DNA of 64,000 nucleotides, from NCBI GenBank assembly GCA_963843145.1, contig CAWJJC010000005.1, positions 160,001 to 224,000 on the forward strand. Reading direction: 5' to 3'. Below, in pieces: positions 18,146 through 28,140 of this stretch (its first letter is position 1; the number at the start of each line of letters is the position of its first letter). The notes under the pieces are model-generated. The model made no database searches, had not been told where the DNA came from, and worked only from the letters and a program-made list of their open reading frames with translations. The DNA is from an uncultured delta proteobacterium (GTDB lineage: Bacteria > Desulfobacterota > RBG-13-43-22). The translations under genes and the position numbers were made by a program.

Positions 18146-19303
18146 ATGCAATATAGTCTGACCGAAGAACAGCTCATGCTGAAGGATATGATCGGCCGAC
18201 TGGCCAAGGAAAAGATCGCCCCCGGAGCGGCGGAACGGGACGAAAAAGGAGAATTCGCCGCGGACATGGTGGAACTGCTTCGGGAAAACGGCCTTTTCGC
18301 CGCCGATTTTCCCAAGGAGTACGGCGGGGAGGAAATGGGACTCCTCTCCCTGTGCCTGATTATCGAGGAAGTAGCCAAGGCCTGCGCCTCCACCTCGCTC
18401 ATCCTGGCCGTCCATGAACTGGGCACCATGCCCATCTTTTTGGCCGGGAACAAGGAACAGAAGGATAAATACTTCCCCAAATTGGCGACGGGTGAATACC
18501 TGGCGGCCTTTGGTCTGACCGAACCGAATGCCGGCTCCGATGTGTCCGGCCTGACCACCAAGGCCGTGCGGGACGGAAATTATTATGTCCTCGACGGGAG
18601 AAAAATTTTTATTTCCCACGGGGACGTGGCTCAGGTGGTTTGTATAGCCGCCAAGACCAATCTGGAAGTTCCCGGCCACAAGGGAATCAGCATGTTTATC
18701 GTGGAAAAAGGTACCCCGGGCTTTACCATCGGCAAGCATGAGAATAAAATGGGGATCCGGGGCTCCTCCACGGTGGAGCTCATCCTGGAGGAGGTGCGGG
18801 TGCCCAAGGAAAACCTGCTCGGACAGGAAGGAATGGGCTTTAACATCCTGATGAAAACCCTGGATTTCACCCGCATCCCGGTAGCCGCCCAGGCCCTGGG
18901 CATCGCTCAAGGGGCCTTGGACTACGCGATCAACTACACCAAGGAACGCGTCCAGTTTGGGAAACCTGTTTTTGCCAATCAGGGCATTCAATGGATGATC
19001 GCCGAAATGGCCGCCAAGCTGGAGGCGGCCCGCCAACTCACCTACAAGACCGCCGCGCTCTACCAGACCTTTCCCAAAAACTTAGACCGGATGACGGCCG
19101 AAGCCGTTCGCTATTCGGCCATGTGCAAGATGTTGGCCGCCGATACGGCCATGAGTGTGACCACCGATTGCGTCCAGTTGTTGGGCGGCTACGGCTTTAT
19201 CAAGGAATATCCGGTGGAACGGATGATGCGGGACGCCAAGATCACCCAAATCTACGAAGGCACCTCGCAGGTGCAAAAGATGGTGATCGCCTCCACCCTC
19301 TAA
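18146..19303 (+). CDS. Acyl-CoA dehydrogenase
   Basis: FGLTEPNAGSD, KMGIRGS, ERVQFGKP, GGYGF, RDAKITQIYEGT. Confidence 0.95.
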   Translation: MQYSLTEEQLMLKDMIGRLAKEKIAPGAAERDEKGEFAADMVELLRENGLFAADFPKEYGGEEMGLLSLCLIIEEVAKACASTSLILAVHELGTMPIFLAGNKEQKDKYFPKLATGEYLAAFGLTEPNAGSDVSGLTTKAVRDGNYYVLDGRKIFISHGDVAQVVCIAAKTNLEVPGHKGISMFIVEKGTPGFTIGKHENKMGIRGSSTVELILEEVRVPKENLLGQEGMGFNILMKTLDFTRIPVAAQALGIAQGALDYAINYTKERVQFGKPVFANQGIQWMIAEMAAKLEAARQLTYKTAALYQTFPKNLDRMTAEAVRYSAMCKMLAADTAMSVTTDCVQLLGGYGFIKEYPVERMMRDAKITQIYEGTSQVQKMVIASTL

Positions 19304-19375
19304 GCGCAAAGCGCGGAGCGTAGGGCGCGGAGCGTTTTTTAAAATGGGCTCAAAATAGAAACAACGCCCTGAAGC

Positions 19376-19458
19376 GTCATTCCCGCGACGCTTCTGAGCG
19401 GGAATCCAGGATTTTCTTAAGGAACATTGGATCCCCGACAAAGACATTCGGGGATGAC
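19376..19458. repeat. GTCAT-type REP-like element
   Basis: gtcattcccgc...gcgggaatccag...ggatccccg...cggggatgac. Confidence 0.7.
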
Positions 19459-19578
19459 GAGAATTTACTTTTTTATGAATTCTTGCTTATCATTCCGGCT
19501 TTGTTTTTTGCACTCTGCGCCTCGCGCCCTGCACTCCGAGCTCCGCGCCTTGCGCCTTCCGCCTCACAGATTTTAGAT

Positions 19579-20463
19579 ATGGAAATGATCCTGCAAATCA
19601 TTGTCAGCGGGCTGGCCACGGGCGGCGTTTACGGATTGATCGGCCTGGGCTTTGTGCTGATCTACAAGGCCACCAGTGTTTTGAACCTGGCCATGGGCGA
19701 TTTTATGACCCTGGGGGCCTTTATCTGCCTGACCGTGCTGGAAAAATTTCAGGCCCCCTTTTATGTGGCCTTTTTGGTTACCCTGCTGTGCGCCTTTATC
19801 ATTGGGATAACCGTGGAACGACTTATTCTCCGACCGCTGATCGGGGAACCGGTCATTTCCGTTATCATGGTCACCATCGGTTTGGGGGTGTTTTTGCGGG
19901 GGATCATGTACATGGTCTGGACCCCTGTCTTTCGCAGTTTTCCGGAGATCTTCCCCCCCCAACCACTTAACCTGGGATTTGCCATTGTCCCCTCCGGTCT
20001 GCTCTGGGGGTTTATCTTTGCCGTCATCGGGACCTTTGTCTTTTTGTTCATTTTTAAATTTTCCCGGACCGGGGTGGCCATGCGAGCCACAGCTAATGAC
20101 CAGCAGGCCGCCCAATCCATGGGCATCAGCGTCCGCTGGGTCTTTGCCCTGGCCTGGAGTTTCGGCGCCGTCGCTTCGGTAATCGGCGGAATCGTCGTCG
20201 GGAACCTCTCCGGTATCAGCGTCTACATGGGGGACATCGGGCTCAAGGTGCTGGCCGTCATCATTTTAGGCGGACTGGACAGCATCGGCGGCGCTATCCT
20301 GGGGGGATTTATTATCGGGGTCCTGGAAAACCTGGCCGGGTTCTATATCGATCCCCTGGTCGGCGGCGGCATAAAAAACGTGGCTCCTTTCTTTATCCTG
20401 GTGATCATCCTGATGATCCGCCCTTACGGGCTGTTCGGCAAAAAGCTGATTGAGCGGGTTTAG
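19579..20463 (+). CDS. Branched-chain amino acid-type ABC permease (LivH-like)
   Basis: GLATGGVYGLIGLG, GVAMRATA, ILGGLDSIGGA, RPYGLFG; start moved to the ATG after the repeat region. Confidence 0.9.
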   Translation: MEMILQIIVSGLATGGVYGLIGLGFVLIYKATSVLNLAMGDFMTLGAFICLTVLEKFQAPFYVAFLVTLLCAFIIGITVERLILRPLIGEPVISVIMVTIGLGVFLRGIMYMVWTPVFRSFPEIFPPQPLNLGFAIVPSGLLWGFIFAVIGTFVFLFIFKFSRTGVAMRATANDQQAAQSMGISVRWVFALAWSFGAVASVIGGIVVGNLSGISVYMGDIGLKVLAVIILGGLDSIGGAILGGFIIGVLENLAGFYIDPLVGGGIKNVAPFFILVIILMIRPYGLFGKKLIERV

Positions 20464-20468
20464 AGCTG

Positions 20469-21512
20469 ATGCGCTGCGGTGATTTTAAAGAATCGTATAT
20501 TCAGGACGACGCTATTTTTCAGTCCGGACCCGTCAAGTTTTTTCTGGCCCTTTTTTTCGTTTTCCTCCTGATCTTTCCCTTCGTGGCCAATGCCTATATG
20601 CTTTACCTGGCCAACATGATCGGGTTTGCTGTCATCGGGGCCGTGGGTTTGAACCTGCTCACCGGCTTTACCGGACAAATATCGCTGGGCCACTCGGCCT
20701 TTATCGGAGTAGGGGCCTATACCTCAGCCATCCTGATCACCCGCTTAGGCTTCTCTTTCTGGCTATCGCTGCCCTTCGCCGGCCTGGTCTCAGCCCTGGC
20801 CGGTCTGATTATCGGACTCCCGTCCCTAAGGGTCAAAGGCCTGTATCTGTGCATCGCCACTTTGGCTTCCCAGTTCATTCTGGAATTTATTTTTGTGCAC
20901 TGGGAATCCCTGACCAAGGGGATCGCCGGTATTCACCTCCCGGCGCCTCAGATCGGCGGTTTTGTTTTTTCCACGGAAAGAAAGTTTTATTGGATTACCC
21001 TGTTTTTTGTCATCATCGCCGTGGCCTATGCCCGGAACCTGGTTCGGTCCCGCATGGGCCGGGCCTTTGTGGCCATCCGGGACCGGGACTTATCGGCCGA
21101 AATTATCGGCATCGATCTACTACGTTATAAATTGAGCGCCTTCGCCATCAGTTCCTTCTACGCCGGTGTAGCCGGGGCCCTCTGGGTGAGTTTTCTGAAG
21201 GTGGTCACTCCGGAACATTTTCCCTTTATCCTCAGCATCCAGTTCCTGGCCATGGTCATCATTGGTGGTTTGGGCAGCATCCTGGGCTCGATCTTCGGCG
21301 CCGTATTCATGACCATTGTCCCCGAATTTTTGGGTTATATGGCCTCGGTGGTGAAAACGCTGGCTCCCGGGTATGATCAGTTATTCATTCCGATGAAAGA
21401 GGTGATTTTTGGGGGGCTGATCATCGTTTTCCTGATTTTTGAGCCTCATGGCCTGGCGGAAATATGGAACCGCGTTAAGAGCGTCTTCCGCCTTTGGCCG
21501 TTTTCGTATTAG
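20469..21512 (+). CDS. Branched-chain amino acid-type ABC permease (LivM-like)
   Basis: GLNLLTGFTGQISLGH, GRAFVAIRD, IIGGLGS. Confidence 0.9.
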   Translation: MRCGDFKESYIQDDAIFQSGPVKFFLALFFVFLLIFPFVANAYMLYLANMIGFAVIGAVGLNLLTGFTGQISLGHSAFIGVGAYTSAILITRLGFSFWLSLPFAGLVSALAGLIIGLPSLRVKGLYLCIATLASQFILEFIFVHWESLTKGIAGIHLPAPQIGGFVFSTERKFYWITLFFVIIAVAYARNLVRSRMGRAFVAIRDRDLSAEIIGIDLLRYKLSAFAISSFYAGVAGALWVSFLKVVTPEHFPFILSIQFLAMVIIGGLGSILGSIFGAVFMTIVPEFLGYMASVVKTLAPGYDQLFIPMKEVIFGGLIIVFLIFEPHGLAEIWNRVKSVFRLWPFSY

Positions 21513-21572
21513 ACCCGCATGCCCAGAGGTGGACACCCCGAATCATGAGAATATTCCAAGGTTTTGTTTTTC

Positions 21573-21698
21573 GTAGTGCCGGCGACCCCGCCGGCCGGCT
21601 GGGTGAGGGCTAAGGGTCCCTGCTCATCCGAGGTAAGGCCACAGCGAAGGTGGCCAAATCCGGGCACGGTTTGGGCAGGCAGGGATCGCCGCCCCTAC
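21573..21698. repeat. GTAG-type REP doublet (REPIN-like), copy 2
   Basis: Reverse-complement homolog of 17929-18052. Confidence 0.75.
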
Positions 21699-21856
21699 GA
21701 AAGACCACTTCGCCATTCGATATTCGGTGTTCGATATTCGTTATTCGTATTCTTTATTTGTGGACTAAGGGTTCTGCGAAAGGGGGGATTATTTTTTAAA
21801 CCATCAGGCCCAACGAGACTTCAAAGCTAACCTTAAACAAGAAGGGGGAAACTTTT

Positions 21857-23026
21857 ATGAAAAAGGCACTTAGGATCGTTATGGTTATGGTGATGGCCCT
21901 GGGCGTCTATCAGGTCAGCCAGGCCCAACAGACTTACACCTTGGGGGCGGTTCATCCTTTTACCGGCCGGTTTGCCTTCGCCGGCATCATGGGGCAAGAC
22001 GGCATGAAAGACGCCGTGGACATGGCCAATGAGGCCGGGGGCATCAACGGGAAAAAACTGCAGTATTTCTGGAAAGACGGCGAATACAAGGATGACGTGG
22101 GGATCGCCGCTTTCAAGAGCCTCTATGCCCAGTACAAGCCCCAGATCATGTGGGGCCAGAGCACGGGTATGACCAAGGCCCTGGGGCCGGAAATCAAGGA
22201 TCGTTATAAGGTGCTCTACTCGGCCTACACCTTTGCCGACGTAGCAGCCAATCCTAAGGAAAACCCCTATCTGTTTATTCCCGGTCCGACCTATGCCGAA
22301 CAATTCGCCGTACTGCTCAATTACATTGCCAAACGAAAACCCGGGGCCAACGTCGCCTTCTTTTACGGCGACTATGAATTCGGCCGGGAGCCCATACCCT
22401 TTGCCCGGGAGTACGCCAAGAAACTGGGTTTGAAGGTTGTGGCCGAAGAAGTGACCAAGGCGGGCGGGGTGGACGTGACCACAAATATCCTGGACATGAA
22501 GCAGAAAAACGTGGAATTCTGCATCTTCCAAGGTTATATCGCCGATCCCATCCAGAACGTCATCAAGCAGTCCAAGGATTACGGGTTAAAATGCCAGTTC
22601 ATGGGCACTTTCTGGTCCACGGAAAAGCAGCTTCTTGACCTGTTGGGTCCCCTGGCCGATGAATACATCGGAGTGACCGCCTATTCCTTTTACTATCAGG
22701 ACCAGTACCCGATGATCAAAAAGATTCGGGAATGGACTCAGAAGCACAATCCCAAACAGGCAGAATACCGCACTCAAGCCTATATGCAGGTTTTCATGGG
22801 CACTACTTTGATGATCGAGGCCCTCAAGCGGGCGGACAAGGCCGGCCCGGTGACCGGGGAAAGTTTGGTCAAGGCCCTTCAGTCCATCAAAAATTTCGAT
22901 GTGGGCGGGTTGATGCCGCCGGTGACCATCAAGGGTAATAGCATCCCCGTAGGGCGGGTCGTGCGCGGGAACTCCAAAACTCACCGCTTTGACCCCATCA
23001 CGGATTGGATCATTCTGGACCTGTAA
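21857..23026 (+). CDS. ABC transporter substrate-binding protein (LivJ/K fold)
   Basis: Signal peptide, NEAGGINGKKL motif, operon context. Confidence 0.9.
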   Translation: MKKALRIVMVMVMALGVYQVSQAQQTYTLGAVHPFTGRFAFAGIMGQDGMKDAVDMANEAGGINGKKLQYFWKDGEYKDDVGIAAFKSLYAQYKPQIMWGQSTGMTKALGPEIKDRYKVLYSAYTFADVAANPKENPYLFIPGPTYAEQFAVLLNYIAKRKPGANVAFFYGDYEFGREPIPFAREYAKKLGLKVVAEEVTKAGGVDVTTNILDMKQKNVEFCIFQGYIADPIQNVIKQSKDYGLKCQFMGTFWSTEKQLLDLLGPLADEYIGVTAYSFYYQDQYPMIKKIREWTQKHNPKQAEYRTQAYMQVFMGTTLMIEALKRADKAGPVTGESLVKALQSIKNFDVGGLMPPVTIKGNSIPVGRVVRGNSKTHRFDPITDWIILDL

Positions 23027-23111
23027 GGGTGTAGGGTACAGGGTTTAGGGTGTAGGGAACACGGAGGGGAATTCCCCTCAACCCTACCCCCTACACCCCA
23101 AACCCTCAATT

Positions 23112-25031
23112 ATGGCGAAAATGACTGAACCCATTAAAACCCTGCCCGGCCTGCTGAAACGGAATGCCCGGGAGTTCGGGCCGGATAAAGTGGCCCTGCG
23201 CGAGAAGGAATTCGGGATTTGGCAGTCCGTTTCCTGGCAGGATTATTTCGACCGGGTACGCTGCCTGGCCCTGGGGCTGGTGGAACTCGGCTACGAGAAA
23301 GGCGATAAACTTTCGGTGATTGGAGACAACCGCCCGGAGTGGCTTTACTCGGAATTGGCCATCCAGGCCTTAGGGGGGGCCGTGGTCGGCATCTACCCTG
23401 ACAGCCACCTCGAGCAGGTCCGCTATATCATCGACCACTCCGATTCGATGTTCATCATGGTGGAGGACCAGGAACAGACCGACAAGATCTTGAACATGAT
23501 CGATGAGCTCCCCAAGGTAAAGAAAGTCATCGTGGATGACCAGAAAGGGATGCGCCGCTACGACCACCCGCTGCTCATTCCTTTCAAACAGGTCCTGGAG
23601 ATGGGCCGGGAGGCCGACCGGACAGATCCCGGCCTTTTTGACCAGTTGCTGTCTCAGGTCAGCGAAGAAGACGTGGCCATGATCCTTTATACCTCGGGGA
23701 CGACGGGCCTGCCCAAAGGGGTGATGCTCACCCACCGCAATATGGTCCGGATGATCGAAAACTTCGATCAGGTGGACCCGGCCTTCCCGACCGACAACCA
23801 CGTTTCTTTCCTGCCCTTGCCCTGGGTGGGCGAACAGGCCACGGCCGTGGCCTGGAACCTGTACAAGGGCGTGACCATTAATTTCCCTGAAAAAGTGGAA
23901 ACCGTTTCCGTGGACATTCGGGACATTGGTCCGAACCTCCTGTTGGCGCCCCCCCGCCACTGGGAAAAGATGTGTTCAGACATCCAGGTCAAGATCCAGG
24001 ACGCGGCCTGGATCAAGCGCATTCTTTACAAAAGCTGCATGCCCGTCGGCTACCGGATGGCAGCCTTACGACTGAAAGGGACCCGACCCGGGATCCTTTA
24101 CACCCTGCTAGATAAAATGTGTTATCTGCTGCTGTTCCGTTCCCTGAAAAATTACCTGGGGCTGACTAATTTACGAAATGTCTACACTGGGGGCGCCCCC
24201 ATCGGGCCGGAGGTTTTTAATTTTTTCATGGCCCTGGGCATCAACATCAAACAGCTTTACGGACAGACCGAAGTCACCGGACTGGCCGTGGGACACCGCA
24301 ATGAAAGCGTAAAATTGAATACCGTCGGCTCCCCCATGCCGGAAGTGGAACTGAAGATATCCGATGTGGGGGAAATCCTGATCAAAGGGCCTATCGTATT
24401 CAAAGGCTACTACAAGAACGAGGAGGCCACCCGCAAAACCCTGGACGCGGAAGGGTGGGTCCATACCGGCGATGAAGGCCTCTTGGATGAAGACGGCCAA
24501 CTCATCATGATCGACCGGCAGAAGGACGTCATGCGCCTGGGCGACGGCAGCAAATTTTCTCCTCAACTTATCGAGAACAAGCTGAAATTCAGCCCCTATA
24601 TCAACGAAGCCATGGTGGTGGGCAAGGACCGCCCTTACATCGCCGCCCTGATCATCATGGATCTGGGCAACATGGGCAAGTGGGCTGAAAACAACAAATT
24701 GACCTTTACCACCTTTACCGACCTTTCCCAGAAGCCGGAGATCTATGACCTGATCGCGGAGGAAATCCGACGAATCGACCAGTCCCTGCCCAAGGTCGCC
24801 CGGGTAAAGCGGTTCGTGATGCTCTATAAGGAATTGGATGCCGACGACGACGAGATGACCCGAACCCGTAAGCTCCGGCGGGGCTTCGTAGCCGAACGCT
24901 ACGCCCATCTGATCGAGGCCCTTTACGAAGACCAGGAGGAACTGGCGGTGGAGGCCGAAATCCGCTATCAGGACGGGACTGGGTTTACTATGAAGACCCG
25001 GGTTAAAATCAAAGAGGTCCAGATCGATTGA
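23112..25031 (+). CDS. Long-chain-fatty-acid-CoA ligase-like AMP-binding enzyme
   Basis: YTSGTTGLPKG, LYGQTE, GWVHTGD, TRTRKLRR. Confidence 0.92.
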   Translation: MAKMTEPIKTLPGLLKRNAREFGPDKVALREKEFGIWQSVSWQDYFDRVRCLALGLVELGYEKGDKLSVIGDNRPEWLYSELAIQALGGAVVGIYPDSHLEQVRYIIDHSDSMFIMVEDQEQTDKILNMIDELPKVKKVIVDDQKGMRRYDHPLLIPFKQVLEMGREADRTDPGLFDQLLSQVSEEDVAMILYTSGTTGLPKGVMLTHRNMVRMIENFDQVDPAFPTDNHVSFLPLPWVGEQATAVAWNLYKGVTINFPEKVETVSVDIRDIGPNLLLAPPRHWEKMCSDIQVKIQDAAWIKRILYKSCMPVGYRMAALRLKGTRPGILYTLLDKMCYLLLFRSLKNYLGLTNLRNVYTGGAPIGPEVFNFFMALGINIKQLYGQTEVTGLAVGHRNESVKLNTVGSPMPEVELKISDVGEILIKGPIVFKGYYKNEEATRKTLDAEGWVHTGDEGLLDEDGQLIMIDRQKDVMRLGDGSKFSPQLIENKLKFSPYINEAMVVGKDRPYIAALIIMDLGNMGKWAENNKLTFTTFTDLSQKPEIYDLIAEEIRRIDQSLPKVARVKRFVMLYKELDADDDEMTRTRKLRRGFVAERYAHLIEALYEDQEELAVEAEIRYQDGTGFTMKTRVKIKEVQID

Positions 25032-25052
25032 CAAACACCATCAGCCGGACTT

Positions 25053-25898
25053 TTGGCGAAGATACCCAGAATAATGATCCAAACTAAAAACCCTTATTCT
25101 CCCGATGAATACCAGTTGATCCTGGAGGATATTTCCCTGACCTTTGGGGGGATCAACGCCCTTTCCGGGGTCAGCACCGGGGTAAAAAAGGGAGAAATCT
25201 TCGCCATTATCGGACCCAATGGGGCCGGGAAAACCTGTATCCTCAACTGCATCAACCGCTTCTATCATCCGGACCCGGGGCGGATCCTTTTTGAGGGCCG
25301 GGAGATCACCAAGATCAAGGCCCATAAAATCGCTAAACTGGGAATCGCCCGGACCTTCCAGAATGTGGAGCTTTTCGGCCACATGACCGTTATGGACAAT
25401 ATTAAACTCGGACGCCATGTCCATCTGAAGTCCGGTTTTCTCTCCGGTGGGATTTATTACGGCAAAACGCGACGGGAAGAGATGGCGCTGCGGAAAGAGA
25501 TCGAGGAAACCATCATCGATCTGTTGGAAATCGAGGCTATCCGCAAACGGACCGTCCATACCCTGCCTTACGGGCTGCAGAAGCGGGTGGAGCTGGCTCG
25601 GGCCTTGGCCATGAAGCCCAAGCTGCTCCTGCTGGACGAACCGGCCACCGGCATGAACCTGGAGGAAACGGAAGACATGGCCCGCTTCATCCTGGACATC
25701 AACGATGAATGGGGAGTGACCATTATCCTGATCGAACACGACATGGGTATGGTTATGGACATCAGCGACCGGATCTGCGTCCTCGATTTCGGGCGCAAAA
25801 TTGCCGAGGGTCCTCCCCAGGAAATCCGGCACCATCCGCAGGTCATTCAGGCTTATCTGGGCGAAGAAACGCTGGCCTATTCGCGGTTGGGCGCCTGA
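25053..25898 (+). CDS. ABC ATP-binding protein (LivG-like)
   Basis: GPNGAGKT, LPYGLQKRVELARAL, LLLDEP, IEHD. Confidence 0.92.
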   Translation: MAKIPRIMIQTKNPYSPDEYQLILEDISLTFGGINALSGVSTGVKKGEIFAIIGPNGAGKTCILNCINRFYHPDPGRILFEGREITKIKAHKIAKLGIARTFQNVELFGHMTVMDNIKLGRHVHLKSGFLSGGIYYGKTRREEMALRKEIEETIIDLLEIEAIRKRTVHTLPYGLQKRVELARALAMKPKLLLLDEPATGMNLEETEDMARFILDINDEWGVTIILIEHDMGMVMDISDRICVLDFGRKIAEGPPQEIRHHPQVIQAYLGEETLAYSRLGA

Positions 25899-26035
25899 TT
25901 GCAGGCCAAAGGATCGAGGAACAAGGATAAGAGATGACCACACGGGTTTCGCTGATGTTTCGATTCAGAATCGGCTCTTTGCCCTTCCTCCTGACTCCTT
26001 TACCCTTTATCCTCGAACCTTAAACCGGTTTTTTT

Positions 26036-26839
26036 ATGGAACCTTTACTGGTCGTCAACAACATCGAGGTCATCTACCATAACGTCATCCTGGTCTTGAA
26101 AGGGCTTTCCCTGCAGGTCCAGGAAGGTCAGATCGTGACCGTCCTGGGCAGCAACGGGGCCGGGAAGACCACCACCCTCAAAGCCATCTCCGGCTTGCTG
26201 AAGTCCGAAGACGGGGCCGTAACCGACGGGAGCATCACCTTCCTGGGTCAGCGAATCGACCGCCTCTACCCCGAGCAGATCGTCCGGAGAGGCATTTTCC
26301 AGGTCATGGAAGGCCGCCGGGTTTTCGACGAATTGAATATCGAGGAAAACCTGATCGCCGGGGCCCACACCAATAAGAATAAAAAGAAGATGAAAGACGA
26401 CATCGAGGTCGTTTACCACTACTTCCCCCGGTTAAAGCAGCGCCGCACCGTTCAGGCCGGCTATATCAGCGGCGGGGAGCAGCAGATGCTGGTCATCGGC
26501 CGCTGTCTCATGGCCAACCCCAAACTGATGCTGCTGGACGAACCCTCCATGGGCCTGGCCCCCTTGTTGGTGGCCGAGATCTTCGAGATCATCAAGCGGA
26601 TCAACCGGGAGCGGGGGGTGACCATCCTGCTGGTGGAACAGAATGCCCGTCTGGCCCTCTCCATTGCCCACCACGGGTACGTGATGGAAACCGGAAGGAT
26701 CGTCCTCGACGACACGGTGGAGAAACTAAGGGAAAACGCCGACATCAAAGAATTTTATCTCGGTCTGACCGAGGTGGGGAAAACCAAAAGCTACCGGGAC
26801 GTGAAGCATTATAAGCGCCGCAAGCGCTGGCTGGCCTAA
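26036..26839 (+). CDS. ABC ATP-binding protein (LivF-like)
   Basis: GSNGAGKT, SGGEQQML, LDEPSMGLAP, VEQNA. Confidence 0.92.
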   Translation: MEPLLVVNNIEVIYHNVILVLKGLSLQVQEGQIVTVLGSNGAGKTTTLKAISGLLKSEDGAVTDGSITFLGQRIDRLYPEQIVRRGIFQVMEGRRVFDELNIEENLIAGAHTNKNKKKMKDDIEVVYHYFPRLKQRRTVQAGYISGGEQQMLVIGRCLMANPKLMLLDEPSMGLAPLLVAEIFEIIKRINRERGVTILLVEQNARLALSIAHHGYVMETGRIVLDDTVEKLRENADIKEFYLGLTEVGKTKSYRDVKHYKRRKRWLA

Positions 26840-26940
26840 AACTGTTGTGATTCGTTTTGATTCCGCCCCCCTCACCAGGGCCATAACCAGCCCAGACCAG
26901 AAAAAAGAGCAACCGGCCAGGGTGATCAGGCTGAATCCGG

Positions 26941-27184
26941 AATAGGTGGTTTACCGAAATTTGACCAGGAAGGAGAGGCGAAGTCGTTGGTCAGGTCGCC
27001 AATTAGATTCGCAAGGGGCTGGCGGCCGTCCCGTTAATCGACATTGCATAGAGGCGAGCGAACGCCCCGGTATACCGTCCGGGCCGACCTGGGATGGCGG
27101 TGATCGTACTTGGCACGGCAATAGGCCAGACGATGATCACAATGACCACATCAGTTCAATCGGAAAACTGGGTCAACTTTTCAT
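26941..27184 (-). pseudogene. Degenerate copy of the adjacent pilin gene with many small deletions
   Basis: Collinear with 27385-27692 (shared tttgaccaggaaggagaggcgaag, ggccgtcccgttaatcga, acggcaatag, atcagttcaatc); no open frame. Confidence 0.7.
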
Positions 27185-27277
27185 TCGCCCCATGATGGTA
27201 AAGCAGTCCCTAGAATAAGGGGTATTTTCCACCTGGCGCCAACAGAATGGAAACCAAATGGAAGGCCCGCAGCGAAT

Positions 27278-27326
27278 AAAAGAACAAAAAGAAAAGGGGC
27301 CTCCAGTTGACCCTGAAGGCCCTTCG
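27278..27326 (-). terminator. Intrinsic terminator after the major pilin
   Basis: Minus strand AAGGGCCTTCAG-ggtcaa-CTGGAGGCCCCTT followed by a T-rich tract. Confidence 0.75.
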
Positions 27327-27344
27327 AAAAGGTGATAAACGGGT

Positions 27345-27692
27345 TTAGTTGGCGGTTATCGTGGCCGGGGTAGTCCAGGTCCAGGTATAGGTGGTTGTAC
27401 CGATCAATTTTGACCAGGAAGGAGAGGCGAAGGTCAGGTTGGTCGTGTCCGCCAATTGAGCATTCGCCAAGGCGGCCGTGGGGGCCGTCCCGTTAATCGA
27501 GCATTGGGCATAAGACAGCGCGGCCGCGGCCCGCAACGCCCCGGTTATCCCGTCCCGGGCCGCCAACTGGGCGCTGTCGCGCAGATCCAGGTACTTGGGG
27601 ACGGCAATAGCCGCCAGGATCCCGATGATGACGATAACGACGATCAGTTCAATCATGGTAAAACCTTGGTTGTTCTTCAATCCCTTTTTCAT
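27345..27692 (-). CDS. Type IV pilin, probable major pilin (MSHA-like)
   Basis: QG|FTMIELIVVIVIIGILAAIAVP class III signal; strong RBS GGGAGG; followed by a terminator. Confidence 0.9.
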   Translation of the reverse strand: MKKGLKNNQGFTMIELIVVIVIIGILAAIAVPKYLDLRDSAQLAARDGITGALRAAAALSYAQCSINGTAPTAALANAQLADTTNLTFASPSWSKLIGTTTYTWTWTTPATITAN

Positions 27693-27742
27693 TTTTTACT
27701 TCCTCCCTTTTTATTTTGTTTTTTTGAATTACAAATTATTGA

Positions 27743-28111
27743 TCAGGATGACGGATCGCTGATCGTGGCCGGAAACGTGTACCCCCAGGTATATACGGTA
27801 CCGTTAATCGTTGCCTGAAAATTGTCCCCGGCCAGCGTTATTCCTCCCGGAACCTCCAAGGCCTGATATACCGAACTCGCGCTCAGCGCCCCGACGGTGT
27901 TATTGACCGCCGCCTGGGCATAAGCCAATGAGGCCGCCGACCGCAGGTTCGAGGTCATCCCGTCCCGAACGGAACGCTGGGCTTGGGCCTGTAAATCCAT
28001 AAACCGGGGTACGGCTATGGCGGCTAAAATCCCGATAATTACGATCACCACGATCAGTTCGATCATGGTGAACCCCTGATCGAAGCAGCCATTTTTCTGT
28101 TTCAAGGCCAT
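27743..28111 (-). CDS. Type IV pilin paralog
   Basis: QG|FTMIELIVVIVIIGILAAIAVP; paralogous body ending YTW...PATI. Confidence 0.9.
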   Translation of the reverse strand: MALKQKNGCFDQGFTMIELIVVIVIIGILAAIAVPRFMDLQAQAQRSVRDGMTSNLRSAASLAYAQAAVNNTVGALSASSVYQALEVPGGITLAGDNFQATINGTVYTWGYTFPATISDPSS

Positions 28112-28123
28112 TGTTTTCCATAA

Positions 28124-28140
28124 TGCAAATCAGATACCAA
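28124..28140 (-). promoter_or_regulatory. Sigma54 (-24/-12) promoter upstream of the pilin pair
   Basis: Minus strand TTGGTATCTGATTTGCA, giving GG-N10-GC. Confidence 0.6.

Noticed and set aside
26946-27218. 90-aa plus-strand ORF as a real gene
   Set aside because: It is the antisense reading of the degenerate pilin copy.
27345-28111. Pilins as electrically conductive e-pili
   Set aside because: The mature major pilin has 8 aromatic residues in 105 with two long aromatic-free gaps, and it is not the short Geobacter type.
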